Assembly: GCA_050732995.1 (NCBI GenBank)
Contig: JBOHSA010000104.1
Coordinates: 1-46,473 of the forward strand
Source of the DNA: Gemmatimonadales bacterium
GTDB taxonomy: Bacteria > Gemmatimonadota > Gemmatimonadetes > Gemmatimonadales > GWC2-71-9
Direction: 5' to 3'
DNA: 46,473 nt
Part shown: positions 1 to 8,580 of the stretch, in pieces
How positions within the stretch are numbered: the stretch's first letter is position 1
Layout of the letters: each line of letters begins with the position of its first letter
Made by a program: the position numbers and the translations under genes
Notes under the pieces: model-generated
What the model saw: the letters and a program-made list of their open reading frames with translations, nothing else
Told to the model about the DNA's origin: nothing
The model's database searches: none

Positions 1-105
1 CCGGCCCTATCCCGGATCAAGTTGGTGCGCTGGGGGACGGATGGTCTCGCCTTCCGCGACGGCGTGAAGGTCTACATCTTGCGTACGACGCTGTCCGCGC
101 CGTGA
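1..105 (+). CDS. 3' end of an unidentified upstream CDS (partial at window edge)
   Basis: The frame is open from nt 1 and is GC3-rich. It ends ...IKLVRWGTDGLAFRDGVKVYILRTTLSAP*. Its TGA (103-105) overlaps the GTG at 102 of the next ORF (GTGA overlap, a pattern seen repeatedly in this window). No family can be assigned from 34 aa. Confidence 0.3.
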   Translation, partial: PALSRIKLVRWGTDGLAFRDGVKVYILRTTLSAP

Positions 106-3100
106 CCGCCCGCCGGCCCGACTGCGCCGGGCCGTCATTACAGGAGCTGACGTTCCGAAAGCTGTTTCTTGGTACGAGGCACGGTGCGCCGGCCTCGGGG
201 AGGACTCCGACGCCGACCTCAGCCGCCCGACCCCCGCTCGCCCGTCTGACCACGGCGATCTCCCTGCTGGCGGCGGTCGTCCCGGCCGTGGGGCAGGCCC
301 AGGCACGGGGCGGGGTCGAAGGACGCGTGATCGACCCGGTGGGTCGGCCGGTGACGTCCGCGGAGGTCAGCGTGGACCGTGCGGGCACGCCGGTGGCCGG
401 TCGGGCCACGACCGACGCCGCTGGCGCGTGGCGGATCACCCACTTGGAACCCGGTCTGTACCGGATCACCGTATACCGGCTGGGATACCGCTCCTCTCGA
501 CAGGACGTCCAGGTCGAGCCCGGCCGGACGGTGCAGCTGACTTTCGCGCTCGAACTGGTCCCCTTTACGCTCGACTCGCTGGTGGTGAGCGGCTTTGCGT
601 CCGGCATCTCCACGACCGACGCCGAGTTGGGCACCAAGCTCACGGTCGGCGAGATCCTGTTGCTGCCGACCACGCTCGACCTCCGGCAACTGATCGCCCT
701 CGCGCCGGGGGCGCGGCCCGATCATATCTGGGGCGGCGCGTCGGACCAGGCCAATTCCTACTCGCTCGACGGCACCACAGTCAACCATCCCGGTCTGGGG
801 GGCGCAACCTTCCTGCCCAGTCCGAGCTGGATCGAGACCCTCGAGGTCCGCGGCCTCGGCGCCGGCGCGGACGTGGGGGGCGCCCAGGGCGGGCTCGTGG
901 AAGTGGTCACCCTGGGAGGCCGGAACGTGCTGGAGGGCGCGCTCCGGACCGCGTTCGAGTCCCACCGGCTCAACGGCTCCAACCTTATCCCCGGTGAGAT
1001 CGGGCGCGAACTGGCGCGGCGCTCGGAAGTGGATGGTCAGGTCCGCGGCCCACTGGTCCGCGATCGCCTGCACTTCGCGTTGTTCGGCCACGTCATCCGG
1101 CAGGGAGAGCTGGTGCTCGATCACCTTCCGGACAGAACCGGCGAGTTCGTACCGCAGCCACCGTCGTTTCGGGACCACCGGTGGTTGGCGAAGTTGAGCT
1201 GGAAGCCGGGCGGCCGTGATCTGCTCCAGGGCAGTCTCATGGGGCGGCACCAGGACGGCGACCGGGTTGGACAGACGGGGTACGAAGCCGCGGACGCGAC
1301 CGAGCGGCTGCGGCAGTGGAACGTCACCGGCAACCTCACCTGGCAGCGGAGCTGGTCACCCCGCAGCGCGCTCACGGTGCGCCTGGGTGGGTACGTCGCC
1401 CGGGAGCGGCTCGATCCCTATGACGGTCCCGCAGTGCCGGGCATCGAGCTGCTGACTCAGGTGAACCCGCCCCGATATCAGAACACGCCCTTTCGAACGC
1501 TGTCGGCGCCGTCGAGCCTCGGGTTGACGACGACCTGGACACGGCGGGGCCGGCTGGCCGGCCTGGAGCACGAGGTGAAGCTGGGCGGCGAGTACACGCG
1601 GGGCAGCTGGTACTTCCAACGTCGGCGGAACGGGGCGATGAGTTGGCGGCCGCTGCGCACGCTCGGGTTTGATCCCGGCAGTCCCGCTACGTGGGTCTAT
1701 CTCGACGCGATCGGTACCGCGTGGGGTGGGGACGTCAGGCTCGACTCCGACGTCCAGAACGCCGCGGTCTTCGTGCAGGACCACATCGCGATCCTTCCAT
1801 CGCTCCGGTTCAATCCGGGGCTCCGGTTCGGATGGTGGACGGGGACGCTCACCCCGGCGGCAGGCCCGCGATTCACCGCGGTGCGGGACCACGCCCTGGA
1901 GCCCCGGATCGGGGTGGTGGCCGACCTGGACCGGCGGGGCGGGCTCGTCGCCAAGGCCCACTGGGGTCGGTATCACCAACCGATGTTCGCCGCCCTATTC
2001 GAGCGAGTGGAGGGGGCCGGGGCCTTCAGCGACGAGGAGATCTGGTCCTACCTGGGGCCGGCGCCCGGGACCCCAACGCAGACGTTTACGCTCGCCGAAC
2101 GCGACGCGCTCGCAGCGGCGGGGCTCTTCCGCTTCGAGGAAGCGGTCCGGCTGGATCAGGCGGGCCGGGTGGAGGGGTACCGTCAGCCGTACGTGGATCA
2201 GACCGTGCTCTCGCTGGAACACGCCTTCGGCGGCCGGTGGAAGGTTGGCCTGGTGTACGTCCACCGGCGCAACCACGATCTGGTAGCGCTGGTAGATCGG
2301 AGCTTGGCGTCAAACTACACGGTGGTCGAGAACGTCCTGATTCGCGATCGCTTCCACCGGCTGTTGTCCTTCGGAGGCCAGCCGCTAGTGCTGGCAAAGC
2401 TGGCCATGTCCAACGAGGACATTCTCTGGGTCCGAGACCTGATGAGGCAAGGCGTCCTGTTGTCCCCCGGCTACCTCTACGCCCCGCCCGGCCTCAGCGC
2501 GGCGGAGCTGGACGCGCTTCGTTACGACCCCGACTTCGTCCTCACGAACGTGCGGGAGGCGACTCGGCGGTTCGAGCAACTCCAGCTCCGGCTGGATGCC
2601 CGGTACCGGATCTGGTGGGCCGGGGCGTCGGCGACCCTCTCGACGCTCGAGGGGAACTTCAACGTGGTGACCGGGCCGGATGACTACACCACGGGCGGGC
2701 CGGGCCCCTGGGTGCGGTTGAACGAGCAGTACAACTTCTTCGGCGCCCTCAACAACCAGAGCCGATTCGAGGGGAAGCTGTATCTCGGCGGGCTCCTGCC
2801 GGCGCGCTTCCGTGGCGGCGTGTTCTTCTCCTACGCGACGGGCGATCGGGTCACGCCGACGATGCTGATCTCCCCTCTGGAGGTCGACTACGCCGTCGTC
2901 GTGCCCGAGACCTCGAATCCCGCGGTGGGTGACACGATCCCCTTCCATCCCTTCCTGTTCCGGAGCTCGAGGGGGCACCGAATCTTCATCCAGCCCCGAG
3001 GGAGCTACCGCTACCAGTCGCGAGCATCGCTCGACCTGCACCTGGAGCGGAGCTTTCCGCGCGGCCGGGCCGAGGTCGTGCTGATGGTGGACGGGTTCAA

Positions 3101-3239
3101 CGTCTTGGGCGACCAGAGCGTCACAGGTATCCAGACCGTGGTGAATGCGGTGGCGGGCTTCTTTGACTTTGATTACGGCCGGGTCCGGTCCCGGGTCCCG
3201 CCGCGGACGCTCCGGTTGGGAGCGGGAGTGAGGTTCTAG
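102..3239 (+). CDS. Outer-membrane TonB-dependent-receptor-like protein with N-terminal carboxypeptidase-regulatory-like domain
   Basis: 1045-aa ORF. It has a CarboxypepD_reg-like signature (GRVIDPVGRPVTSAEVSV...TTDAAGAWRITHLEPGLYRITVYRLGY...VQVEPGRTVQLTF). A signal-like segment AISLLAAVVPAVGQAQA precedes it. The body is long and beta-rich, and the C-terminal residue is aromatic (...RLGAGVRF*), typical of OM barrels. The start is uncertain: 102 is GTG and about 60 aa precede the signal-like segment. Confidence 0.75.
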   Translation: MTARRPDCAGPSLQELTFRKLFLGTRHGAPASGRTPTPTSAARPPLARLTTAISLLAAVVPAVGQAQARGGVEGRVIDPVGRPVTSAEVSVDRAGTPVAGRATTDAAGAWRITHLEPGLYRITVYRLGYRSSRQDVQVEPGRTVQLTFALELVPFTLDSLVVSGFASGISTTDAELGTKLTVGEILLLPTTLDLRQLIALAPGARPDHIWGGASDQANSYSLDGTTVNHPGLGGATFLPSPSWIETLEVRGLGAGADVGGAQGGLVEVVTLGGRNVLEGALRTAFESHRLNGSNLIPGEIGRELARRSEVDGQVRGPLVRDRLHFALFGHVIRQGELVLDHLPDRTGEFVPQPPSFRDHRWLAKLSWKPGGRDLLQGSLMGRHQDGDRVGQTGYEAADATERLRQWNVTGNLTWQRSWSPRSALTVRLGGYVARERLDPYDGPAVPGIELLTQVNPPRYQNTPFRTLSAPSSLGLTTTWTRRGRLAGLEHEVKLGGEYTRGSWYFQRRRNGAMSWRPLRTLGFDPGSPATWVYLDAIGTAWGGDVRLDSDVQNAAVFVQDHIAILPSLRFNPGLRFGWWTGTLTPAAGPRFTAVRDHALEPRIGVVADLDRRGGLVAKAHWGRYHQPMFAALFERVEGAGAFSDEEIWSYLGPAPGTPTQTFTLAERDALAAAGLFRFEEAVRLDQAGRVEGYRQPYVDQTVLSLEHAFGGRWKVGLVYVHRRNHDLVALVDRSLASNYTVVENVLIRDRFHRLLSFGGQPLVLAKLAMSNEDILWVRDLMRQGVLLSPGYLYAPPGLSAAELDALRYDPDFVLTNVREATRRFEQLQLRLDARYRIWWAGASATLSTLEGNFNVVTGPDDYTTGGPGPWVRLNEQYNFFGALNNQSRFEGKLYLGGLLPARFRGGVFFSYATGDRVTPTMLISPLEVDYAVVVPETSNPAVGDTIPFHPFLFRSSRGHRIFIQPRGSYRYQSRASLDLHLERSFPRGRAEVVLMVDGFNVLGDQSVTGIQTVVNAVAGFFDFDYGRVRSRVPPRTLRLGAGVRF

Positions 3240-3386
3240 GGCGCATGCGAACGCCGCGGCCGACGAGCGGAGCCGGAGGGTCGCCTCTTCTCTTACCTCG
3301 CGAGGAGTATCCTCCACCATGACCAGCCCCCCCAGCATCCAAACTTCATGATGTAAAGTACTTTCTACTCCTCCTTCACCGAGGCA

Positions 3387-3698
3387 ATGGCCACGGAGGC
3401 TCTGATGAACAGAAACGTGCGAGTGGCGGGTTTGGAGCTGCTCCTGCTGCTTCCCGCGCTCATCCTCGTGTCGTCGGGCCTGCTTGGTCTTGAGCGGCCA
3501 GCCGCGCTGGTTCATCCGGTGCTGGTGATGGGCGGCCTGCTTCTGGCCTTGACCTTGAATGCCTTATCGGTGTTGCGCATCCGCTTCGGCCAGGATGAAG
3601 GCAACCTGGTGGCCACGATCTCCGTGCGGGTGCGTGGCAGCGCCATGGATCTCACCGCTCTGATCCTCAGCGGCCTGCTCTTGGCGATTATCACGTAG
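3387..3698 (+). CDS. Small hypothetical membrane protein (about 103 aa, 3 predicted hydrophobic helices)
   Basis: ATG ORF with hydrophobic stretches LELLLLLPALILVSSGLLGL, VLVMGGLLLALTLNALSVL and LTALILSGLLLAII. It is preceded by a lower-GC spacer. I recognise no homology. Confidence 0.4.
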   Translation: MATEALMNRNVRVAGLELLLLLPALILVSSGLLGLERPAALVHPVLVMGGLLLALTLNALSVLRIRFGQDEGNLVATISVRVRGSAMDLTALILSGLLLAIIT

Positions 3699-3871
3699 AT
3701 TGAGGGAATGCTCGGTCGACGCGCGAGCCGCGCGAGCGATCGCTTCGCCGCGAGTCTGCGCGGATTCGGGCCGGTCGGCATCCTCGCGATCCTCGTCATC
3801 CTCGCAGGCAATCTGGATGCGGCCGTATCCCCTCATTCTGCGGCGCCGGGCGACCAGACCGGGACGGCCCG

Positions 3872-4315
3872 CTAGCCCTTGCTTCCCGCGAACTTGGGCA
3901 GCTCGCGCCGGTGCCGTTTCAGGAACTCCTCGTAGATGTGACTGTCGGTGTAGTCCCGCATCTCGCAGATCCGGTCCCCCCGGAACCGCAGTACGACGCA
4001 GGTGCGCTGGTCCATGACGTCCTGCGGATCGCTCTTCACCCAGCTGCGCTCACGGATCTCGACGATCACCCGCTCGTCGGCCTCGTACCAGTCGCGCCAC
4101 ACGTCCTCGTAGCCCCAGTCGGCGGGGCCCAGGCCCTGCTCGCGGTTCGCCATCGAGCGGATCACCCGGTCCCGGCCGCGCCACTCGCCGCCGATCGGCG
4201 GCGCGCCCGCGCACCAGTACACGATGTCCTCGGTGAAATGCCCCGCCACCTCCTCCATCTTGCCGGCGAACAGCGCCTTCTCGTACGCCTTTGCGACGGC
4301 CATGCGCTTGCTCAT
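3872..4315 (-). CDS. SnoaL-like / NTF2-fold (ketosteroid-isomerase-like) protein, 147 aa
   Basis: This is the C-terminal part of track ORF 3872..4882, starting at MSKRMAVAKAYEKALFAGKMEEVAGHFTEDIVYWCAG... (typical SnoaL_2-like N-terminus). The ATG at 4315-4313 overlaps the TGA of the upstream Rieske gene (ATGA at 4312-4315). The upstream 189 aa of the track ORF is an Arg/Gly-rich artefact. Confidence 0.7.
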   Translation of the reverse strand: MSKRMAVAKAYEKALFAGKMEEVAGHFTEDIVYWCAGAPPIGGEWRGRDRVIRSMANREQGLGPADWGYEDVWRDWYEADERVIVEIRERSWVKSDPQDVMDQRTCVVLRFRGDRICEMRDYTDSHIYEEFLKRHRRELPKFAGSKG

Positions 4316-5427
4316 ACCACGGCCTCCTCCGGCAGCACCAGCGGGTTGGCCTTGCGGCCGGCGCGCTCCATCGGCTTCTCCATCTCGCCGCGGTGCTCGT
4401 CCAGGATCCTCCAGAAATCCACCGCGCGCTCGACCAGCTCCCGGGCGGCTTCCCGCAGCCCGTCGCTCGCCTTCACCTGGCGCACGTTGTTCTGCATGTC
4501 CTCGGCGTCCCACCCGCGCGAATGCGCGATGAAGGGAAAGGGCGGAAACACGAGGCCGAGCTCGGACCAAAAGGTGAACATGCTGCCCGCCACGCCCTGG
4601 ATGTTGTCCTGGCCTCCCGTGATGATGAACGCCCCCACCTTGTTGCGAATCAGCACCTTGTTGTGGATCGTGATCTGGTTCTGCACGCAGTTCAGCCGCT
4701 CGATCATCTTGTAATACAGCGACGACGCGTTGCCCCAGCGGATCGGCGTCGAGATCAGCACGACGTCCGCCCAGTGCACCAGGCCCTCGTACACCGCCGT
4801 CAGCTGGTCGTCCGGGTCGCGCTCGGTGATCGCGCACGGCCAGGTGCAGGCGTGCGACGCCTTGGAGTAGTTCCCCTCGCAATGCCTGAACGAGAGGCTC
4901 TGCAGCTTGATGAGCTGCGTATCGGTTTTCAGCTCCTTGGCGCGCTCCAGCGCGTGCTCAAGCAGGGCGTCGGAGGTCGAGAACCGCGGGTTTCCCTCGT
5001 CCATCGCGGTGGTCGAGATGCCGAGCACGCGGCACGGAGCACCCGCGGGCTTGGCATGCTCCTCCAGCAGGTGCGATGGTTTGTGCTTGACGAGCTTCCG
5101 TGGCATGGTGGGCGGAGTCTGCACGTAGACGCCGTCCGGGCGCTCCTCCACGGCGAACACCGGTACCTGCTCCTCGTCGTAGCCTTCCGGCCCCTTACCC
5201 GTCAGGACGCTGTACTCCCAGCCGTGCCACGGGCACATGACGAACTCGCCCCCCCCCCGGACCCGGCCCTCCGACAGCGGGCCGCCCTTGTGATTGCAAA
5301 TGTCGGAGATGGCGGTGAACCGGCCCTCGTGGAGGAACACGGCGATGCGGTGGCGCTCGAGCTTGACGGCGAAGGGGACGCGGGCGAGGAGCTCGTCCCG
5401 CGTGCCGAGGCGGTGCCAGGTGGCCAT
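4312..5427 (-). CDS. Rieske [2Fe-2S] domain fused to flavodoxin-like NAD(P)H-dependent FMN reductase (COG0655-type) domain
   Basis: The N-terminus carries the Rieske ligand motifs CNHKGGPL ... CPWHGWEY. The C-terminal roughly 260 aa resembles multimeric flavodoxin / iron-sulfur flavoprotein, with a Cys cluster (HCEGNYSKASHACTWPC) and ADVVLISTPIRWGNASSLYYKMIERL. GGAG lies about 9 nt upstream of the ATG. Confidence 0.8.
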   Translation of the reverse strand: MATWHRLGTRDELLARVPFAVKLERHRIAVFLHEGRFTAISDICNHKGGPLSEGRVRGGGEFVMCPWHGWEYSVLTGKGPEGYDEEQVPVFAVEERPDGVYVQTPPTMPRKLVKHKPSHLLEEHAKPAGAPCRVLGISTTAMDEGNPRFSTSDALLEHALERAKELKTDTQLIKLQSLSFRHCEGNYSKASHACTWPCAITERDPDDQLTAVYEGLVHWADVVLISTPIRWGNASSLYYKMIERLNCVQNQITIHNKVLIRNKVGAFIITGGQDNIQGVAGSMFTFWSELGLVFPPFPFIAHSRGWDAEDMQNNVRQVKASDGLREAARELVERAVDFWRILDEHRGEMEKPMERAGRKANPLVLPEEAVV

Positions 5428-5519
5428 AGAAGGCTCCGAGAGAGGGCCGGGGAATAGTATCCCCCGGCATGGCCTCGGCCAGCCGACGCGACGCTACACA
5501 TCGTAGATTTCCAGCCCGT

Positions 5520-6251
5520 ATGCATCCAGTAATGGCGTTGCTGCTCGGGCTGGCGAGCGTCCAGGCCCCGGCGCCGCGGGACTACGGGCCCCGCGCCCTC
5601 TCGCCGTTCGCCGCGGCGAAGGCCCGCGCGCTGCTCCGTGACCGACTGCCCTGTCTCGGCTGCCACCAGCTGAACGGCGATGGCGGGCGGATCGGGCCCG
5701 ATCTCTCGAACCTCGGGGCCCGACGCTCGCCGGCGTTCGTGCTCGGCATGATCCTCGATCCCGCCGCGACCCTGCCGGGGACAGGCATGCCGAAGACGCC
5801 GCTCTCCCGCTCGACCGCCGAGCTGATCGCTAGCTTCCTCGCCGGGGACGGGAAGACGGGGAACGGCGGGGCGAGCCCGGCTCCAGGGGCACCGCCGCGG
5901 AGCCCCACAACCACGCCGCAGGACGCCGCGGCGCTGTACGCGCGATACTGCGCGGCGTGCCATGGGGAGCGGGGCCGGGGAGATGGCTACAACGCCGAAT
6001 TCCTCCCCGTGCCGCCCGCACCGCACGCCGACCGGGCATTCATGTCCCGCCGCACCGACGACCGGCTGTTCGACGGCATTTACGCCGGTGGCTACGTCCT
6101 CGGCGCCAGCGCCCGCATGCCGGCATTCGGTGAGACATTGAGCCGCGCGGAGATCCGCGGGCTGGTGCACTACCTGCGCGAACTGTGCCGCTGCCAGGGT
6201 CCCGCTTGGACGCGCGATCCCTCCCCCTCCCCCTCCGCTCCGTCGCGGTGA
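5520..6251 (+). CDS. Dihaem c-type cytochrome (periplasmic)
   Basis: Two CxxCH motifs (CLGCH, CAACH) plus MPAFG...L...E...LV.YL, typical of class I cytochrome c domains. The signal peptide MHPVMALLLGLASVQAPA begins at the ATG at 5520. Track ORF 5469 would leave only 41 nt to the divergent gene. Confidence 0.8.
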   Translation: MHPVMALLLGLASVQAPAPRDYGPRALSPFAAAKARALLRDRLPCLGCHQLNGDGGRIGPDLSNLGARRSPAFVLGMILDPAATLPGTGMPKTPLSRSTAELIASFLAGDGKTGNGGASPAPGAPPRSPTTTPQDAAALYARYCAACHGERGRGDGYNAEFLPVPPAPHADRAFMSRRTDDRLFDGIYAGGYVLGASARMPAFGETLSRAEIRGLVHYLRELCRCQGPAWTRDPSPSPSAPSR

Positions 6252-6258
6252 GGTCCGT

Positions 6259-8571
6259 CTGAGGCGGCGCTGGTGGTGGCTGGTCGCGATCGCGTCCTGC
6301 TCCTGCGAGGAGCGTGCTCGCCCGGGCGACCTCAGGATCGAGTTGCCACCGCCCCTGCGAGCCGCGGTGGTGGCGCCCGCGGTGCGCCCGGAAGATTTCG
6401 TGGGCGCGGAAGTCTGCGCGAGCTGTCACGCCCGGCAGTACGGGGCCTGGCGGGGCTCGACCCACGGCCGGGCCGGAGGGACGCCTGGTCCGCGCACAAC
6501 CCTCCTCCCGTTCGATGGGACGCCGATCCGGTTTCGGGACGCCGTGGTGGCGCCGGTGGCCCGCGCAGACGGCTACGCGTTCCGCGTTTCCCAGACGGGG
6601 CGTCCCGCCGTCGTGCTCCCGGTCGCCGGTGTCGTCGGCGGCGGCCATATGGTCGGCGGCGGCACGCAAGGGTTCTTCACGCGCCATCCCGACGGCACGC
6701 TCCGGTTCCTCCCCTTCGAGATCCACCGGGGAGCGGCCGGGCTGACCTGGTTCTGCAACACCAACATGCGGTTGAACCGCGGCTGGCTCCCGATCACGCC
6801 GGACATGGCGCTGGCGGATTGCGGGGACTGGCCGCCCAGCCGTGTGCTGGGCGACGAACCGCGGTTCGCCAACTGCCAGGCGTGCCACGGGAGCCAGATT
6901 CGGGTGGCGTACGACGCCGGCGGCAGACGGTATGTGACCGGGTTCACGACGCTGGCCGTGAACTGCGAATCGTGTCACGGCCCAGGCCGGCAGCACGTGG
7001 CGCTCGCCCGGTCCGGCGGGCTCGGCGCGTCCGCAGACATCGGGATCCGCCCGCTCGGGACGTTGGCCAAGGATCAGGCGCTGGAGGTGTGCTTCCAGTG
7101 TCACGCGCTGAAGGACAACCTCGCTCCCGGGTATCTCCCCGGGAAACCGCTGCGCGAGCACTACGCGCTCAAGTTCCCGCAACTCGGGGACCGCCCGCTG
7201 CACGCCGACGGCCGGGTCCGGAGCTTCGCGTATCAGGAGAACCAGCTCTACAGCGACTGCTACCTGAACGGCGGCATGACCTGCACCGATTGCCACGAGC
7301 CCCACGCGCAGGGTTACCGCGACGCGGCGGGGCGCGCGCTGCCCGACCGCTTCAGCGACGGGCAGTGTCTCGGGTGTCACGCGAGCAAGGCGGAGTCGAT
7401 CGAAGCGCACACGCATCACGCGCCGGGCTCGAGCGGAAGTCGTTGCGTATCGTGTCACATGCCGTACCTCCAAGAGCCGGAAGTCGGTCGCGCGATCCGG
7501 TACAGCCGCTCCGACCACACGGTGTCGATCCCGCGGCCCGCGTTCGACGCCGCGCTGGGCGTCGGGAGCGCCTGCCGTCAGTGCCATGCGGCCCGCGGGG
7601 AGGCCGACCTCGACGCGCAGGTGAGGACCTGGTACGGCGCGCTCAAGCCGCAGCCGGACATCGTCGCGCGGCTGGCGCGGGCCGGCGAGGTGACGGATCG
7701 CGCGCGGGCGGCCCGGCTGCTGCTCGATCCCGCGGCGCGGCACCCCATGGCCCAGTTCGCGGGGCTCGCCGAGTTCCTGGAGCGCTTCCTCGGTCCCGAT
7801 CTGCCGGCGCTCGAAGCCGACGCGGTCGCGCGGCTCGAGCGACTCGCCGGGAGCGACGACCTCGACGTTCGGGCGCTGGCGCTGGCGAGCCTGCACCTCG
7901 CGCGCGGCGAGGTCCCGGCGGTGCGCCGCTTTCTGGCGAGCCGCCTCGCCGGGCTGGGAGCGGACGACGCCGCCGTCCGGCAGCGGTGGGTCATCGCCCT
8001 GGGCTACGTCGCCGACACCCGCCGCGGCCGGAGCGAGTTCCCCGCGGCGATCGCGACCTACCGCAAGGCGCTCGAGGTCCTCCCCGACGATCCCCGGCTC
8101 CTGTTCAACCTCGGGCTCGCCCAGGCGGGCGCCGGGGATCCCGCCGGGGCCGTCGCCCAGTACGGCCGCAGCGTGGCGCGGGACCCGATGCAGCCGCTGG
8201 TGCATTTGAACTGGGGGATCGCGTTGAAGGAGCAGGGCGACACGGCGGGCGCCATGGCCCAGTTCCGACGCGCCCTCGAGCTCAACCCGCGGGAACCGCT
8301 CGCCCACTTCAACCTCGGCAACGTGTTTCTCGCCCGGAACCAGCCGGCCGCGGCGATCCCGTTCTACCGGGAGGCGGTGGCGCTCGATCCCGCGCTGGCG
8401 CCCGGGTACTTCTACCTCGCCCGCTGCTACATCCTCGCCGGCGACTACGCGCGCGCTCTGGCCGCGGTGCGCCGGGGGCTCGAGTTCGACCGGGAGAACG
8501 CCGAAGCGCAGGAGATGCTGGTCCGGCTCGAGCGGGCGGTGCGTGGGAGAGGGGGAGGGGGTGGGCGATGA
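6259..8571 (+). CDS. Octahaem c-type cytochrome lipoprotein with C-terminal TPR repeats
   Basis: Eight CxxCH motifs: CASCH, CQACH, CESCH, CFQCH, CTDCH, CLGCH, CVSCH, CRQCH. At least five TPR-like repeats lie in the C-terminal third. The track start (TTG 6343) lacks a signal peptide. In the same frame, the CTG at 6259 gives (M)RRRWWWLVAIAS|CSCEE, a textbook lipoprotein signal with lipobox, and it is preceded by GGTGAGG (6247-6253) at 5-nt spacing. The protein ends in a Gly run encoded by a G-rich tract. Confidence 0.8.
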   Translation: MRRRWWWLVAIASCSCEERARPGDLRIELPPPLRAAVVAPAVRPEDFVGAEVCASCHARQYGAWRGSTHGRAGGTPGPRTTLLPFDGTPIRFRDAVVAPVARADGYAFRVSQTGRPAVVLPVAGVVGGGHMVGGGTQGFFTRHPDGTLRFLPFEIHRGAAGLTWFCNTNMRLNRGWLPITPDMALADCGDWPPSRVLGDEPRFANCQACHGSQIRVAYDAGGRRYVTGFTTLAVNCESCHGPGRQHVALARSGGLGASADIGIRPLGTLAKDQALEVCFQCHALKDNLAPGYLPGKPLREHYALKFPQLGDRPLHADGRVRSFAYQENQLYSDCYLNGGMTCTDCHEPHAQGYRDAAGRALPDRFSDGQCLGCHASKAESIEAHTHHAPGSSGSRCVSCHMPYLQEPEVGRAIRYSRSDHTVSIPRPAFDAALGVGSACRQCHAARGEADLDAQVRTWYGALKPQPDIVARLARAGEVTDRARAARLLLDPAARHPMAQFAGLAEFLERFLGPDLPALEADAVARLERLAGSDDLDVRALALASLHLARGEVPAVRRFLASRLAGLGADDAAVRQRWVIALGYVADTRRGRSEFPAAIATYRKALEVLPDDPRLLFNLGLAQAGAGDPAGAVAQYGRSVARDPMQPLVHLNWGIALKEQGDTAGAMAQFRRALELNPREPLAHFNLGNVFLARNQPAAAIPFYREAVALDPALAPGYFYLARCYILAGDYARALAAVRRGLEFDRENAEAQEMLVRLERAVRGRGGGGGR
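8545..8565 (+). repeat. G-rich tract GGGAGAGGGGGAGGGGGTGGG (canonical G4-type motif) at the cytochrome/MFS junction
   Basis: Read directly from the sequence. It has four or more G3+ runs separated by 1-2 nt and encodes the [10 protein letters not shown]-terminus. Confidence 0.8.
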
Positions 8572-8580
8572 GCACCGGCC

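Noticed and set aside
3708-3875. 55-aa + strand ORF (MLGRRASRASDRFAASLRGFGPVGILAILVILAGNL...) between the small membrane protein and the SnoaL gene
   Set aside because: It has GC3-rich codons and one hydrophobic helix, so it may be real or an N-terminal gene remnant. It is below any evidence threshold: it is too short, I recognise no homology, SD spacing is poor, and its last 4 nt overlap the convergent gene's stop.
8569-8571. In-frame TGA between the TPR-cytochrome and the MFS fragment, considered as a possible selenocysteine/readthrough site because selD is a selenoprotein here
   Set aside because: I see no SECIS-like hairpin downstream. A periplasmic lipoprotein cytochrome fused to a 10-TM MFS remnant makes no topological sense. 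The flanking residues are low-complexity Gly rather than a redox motif.
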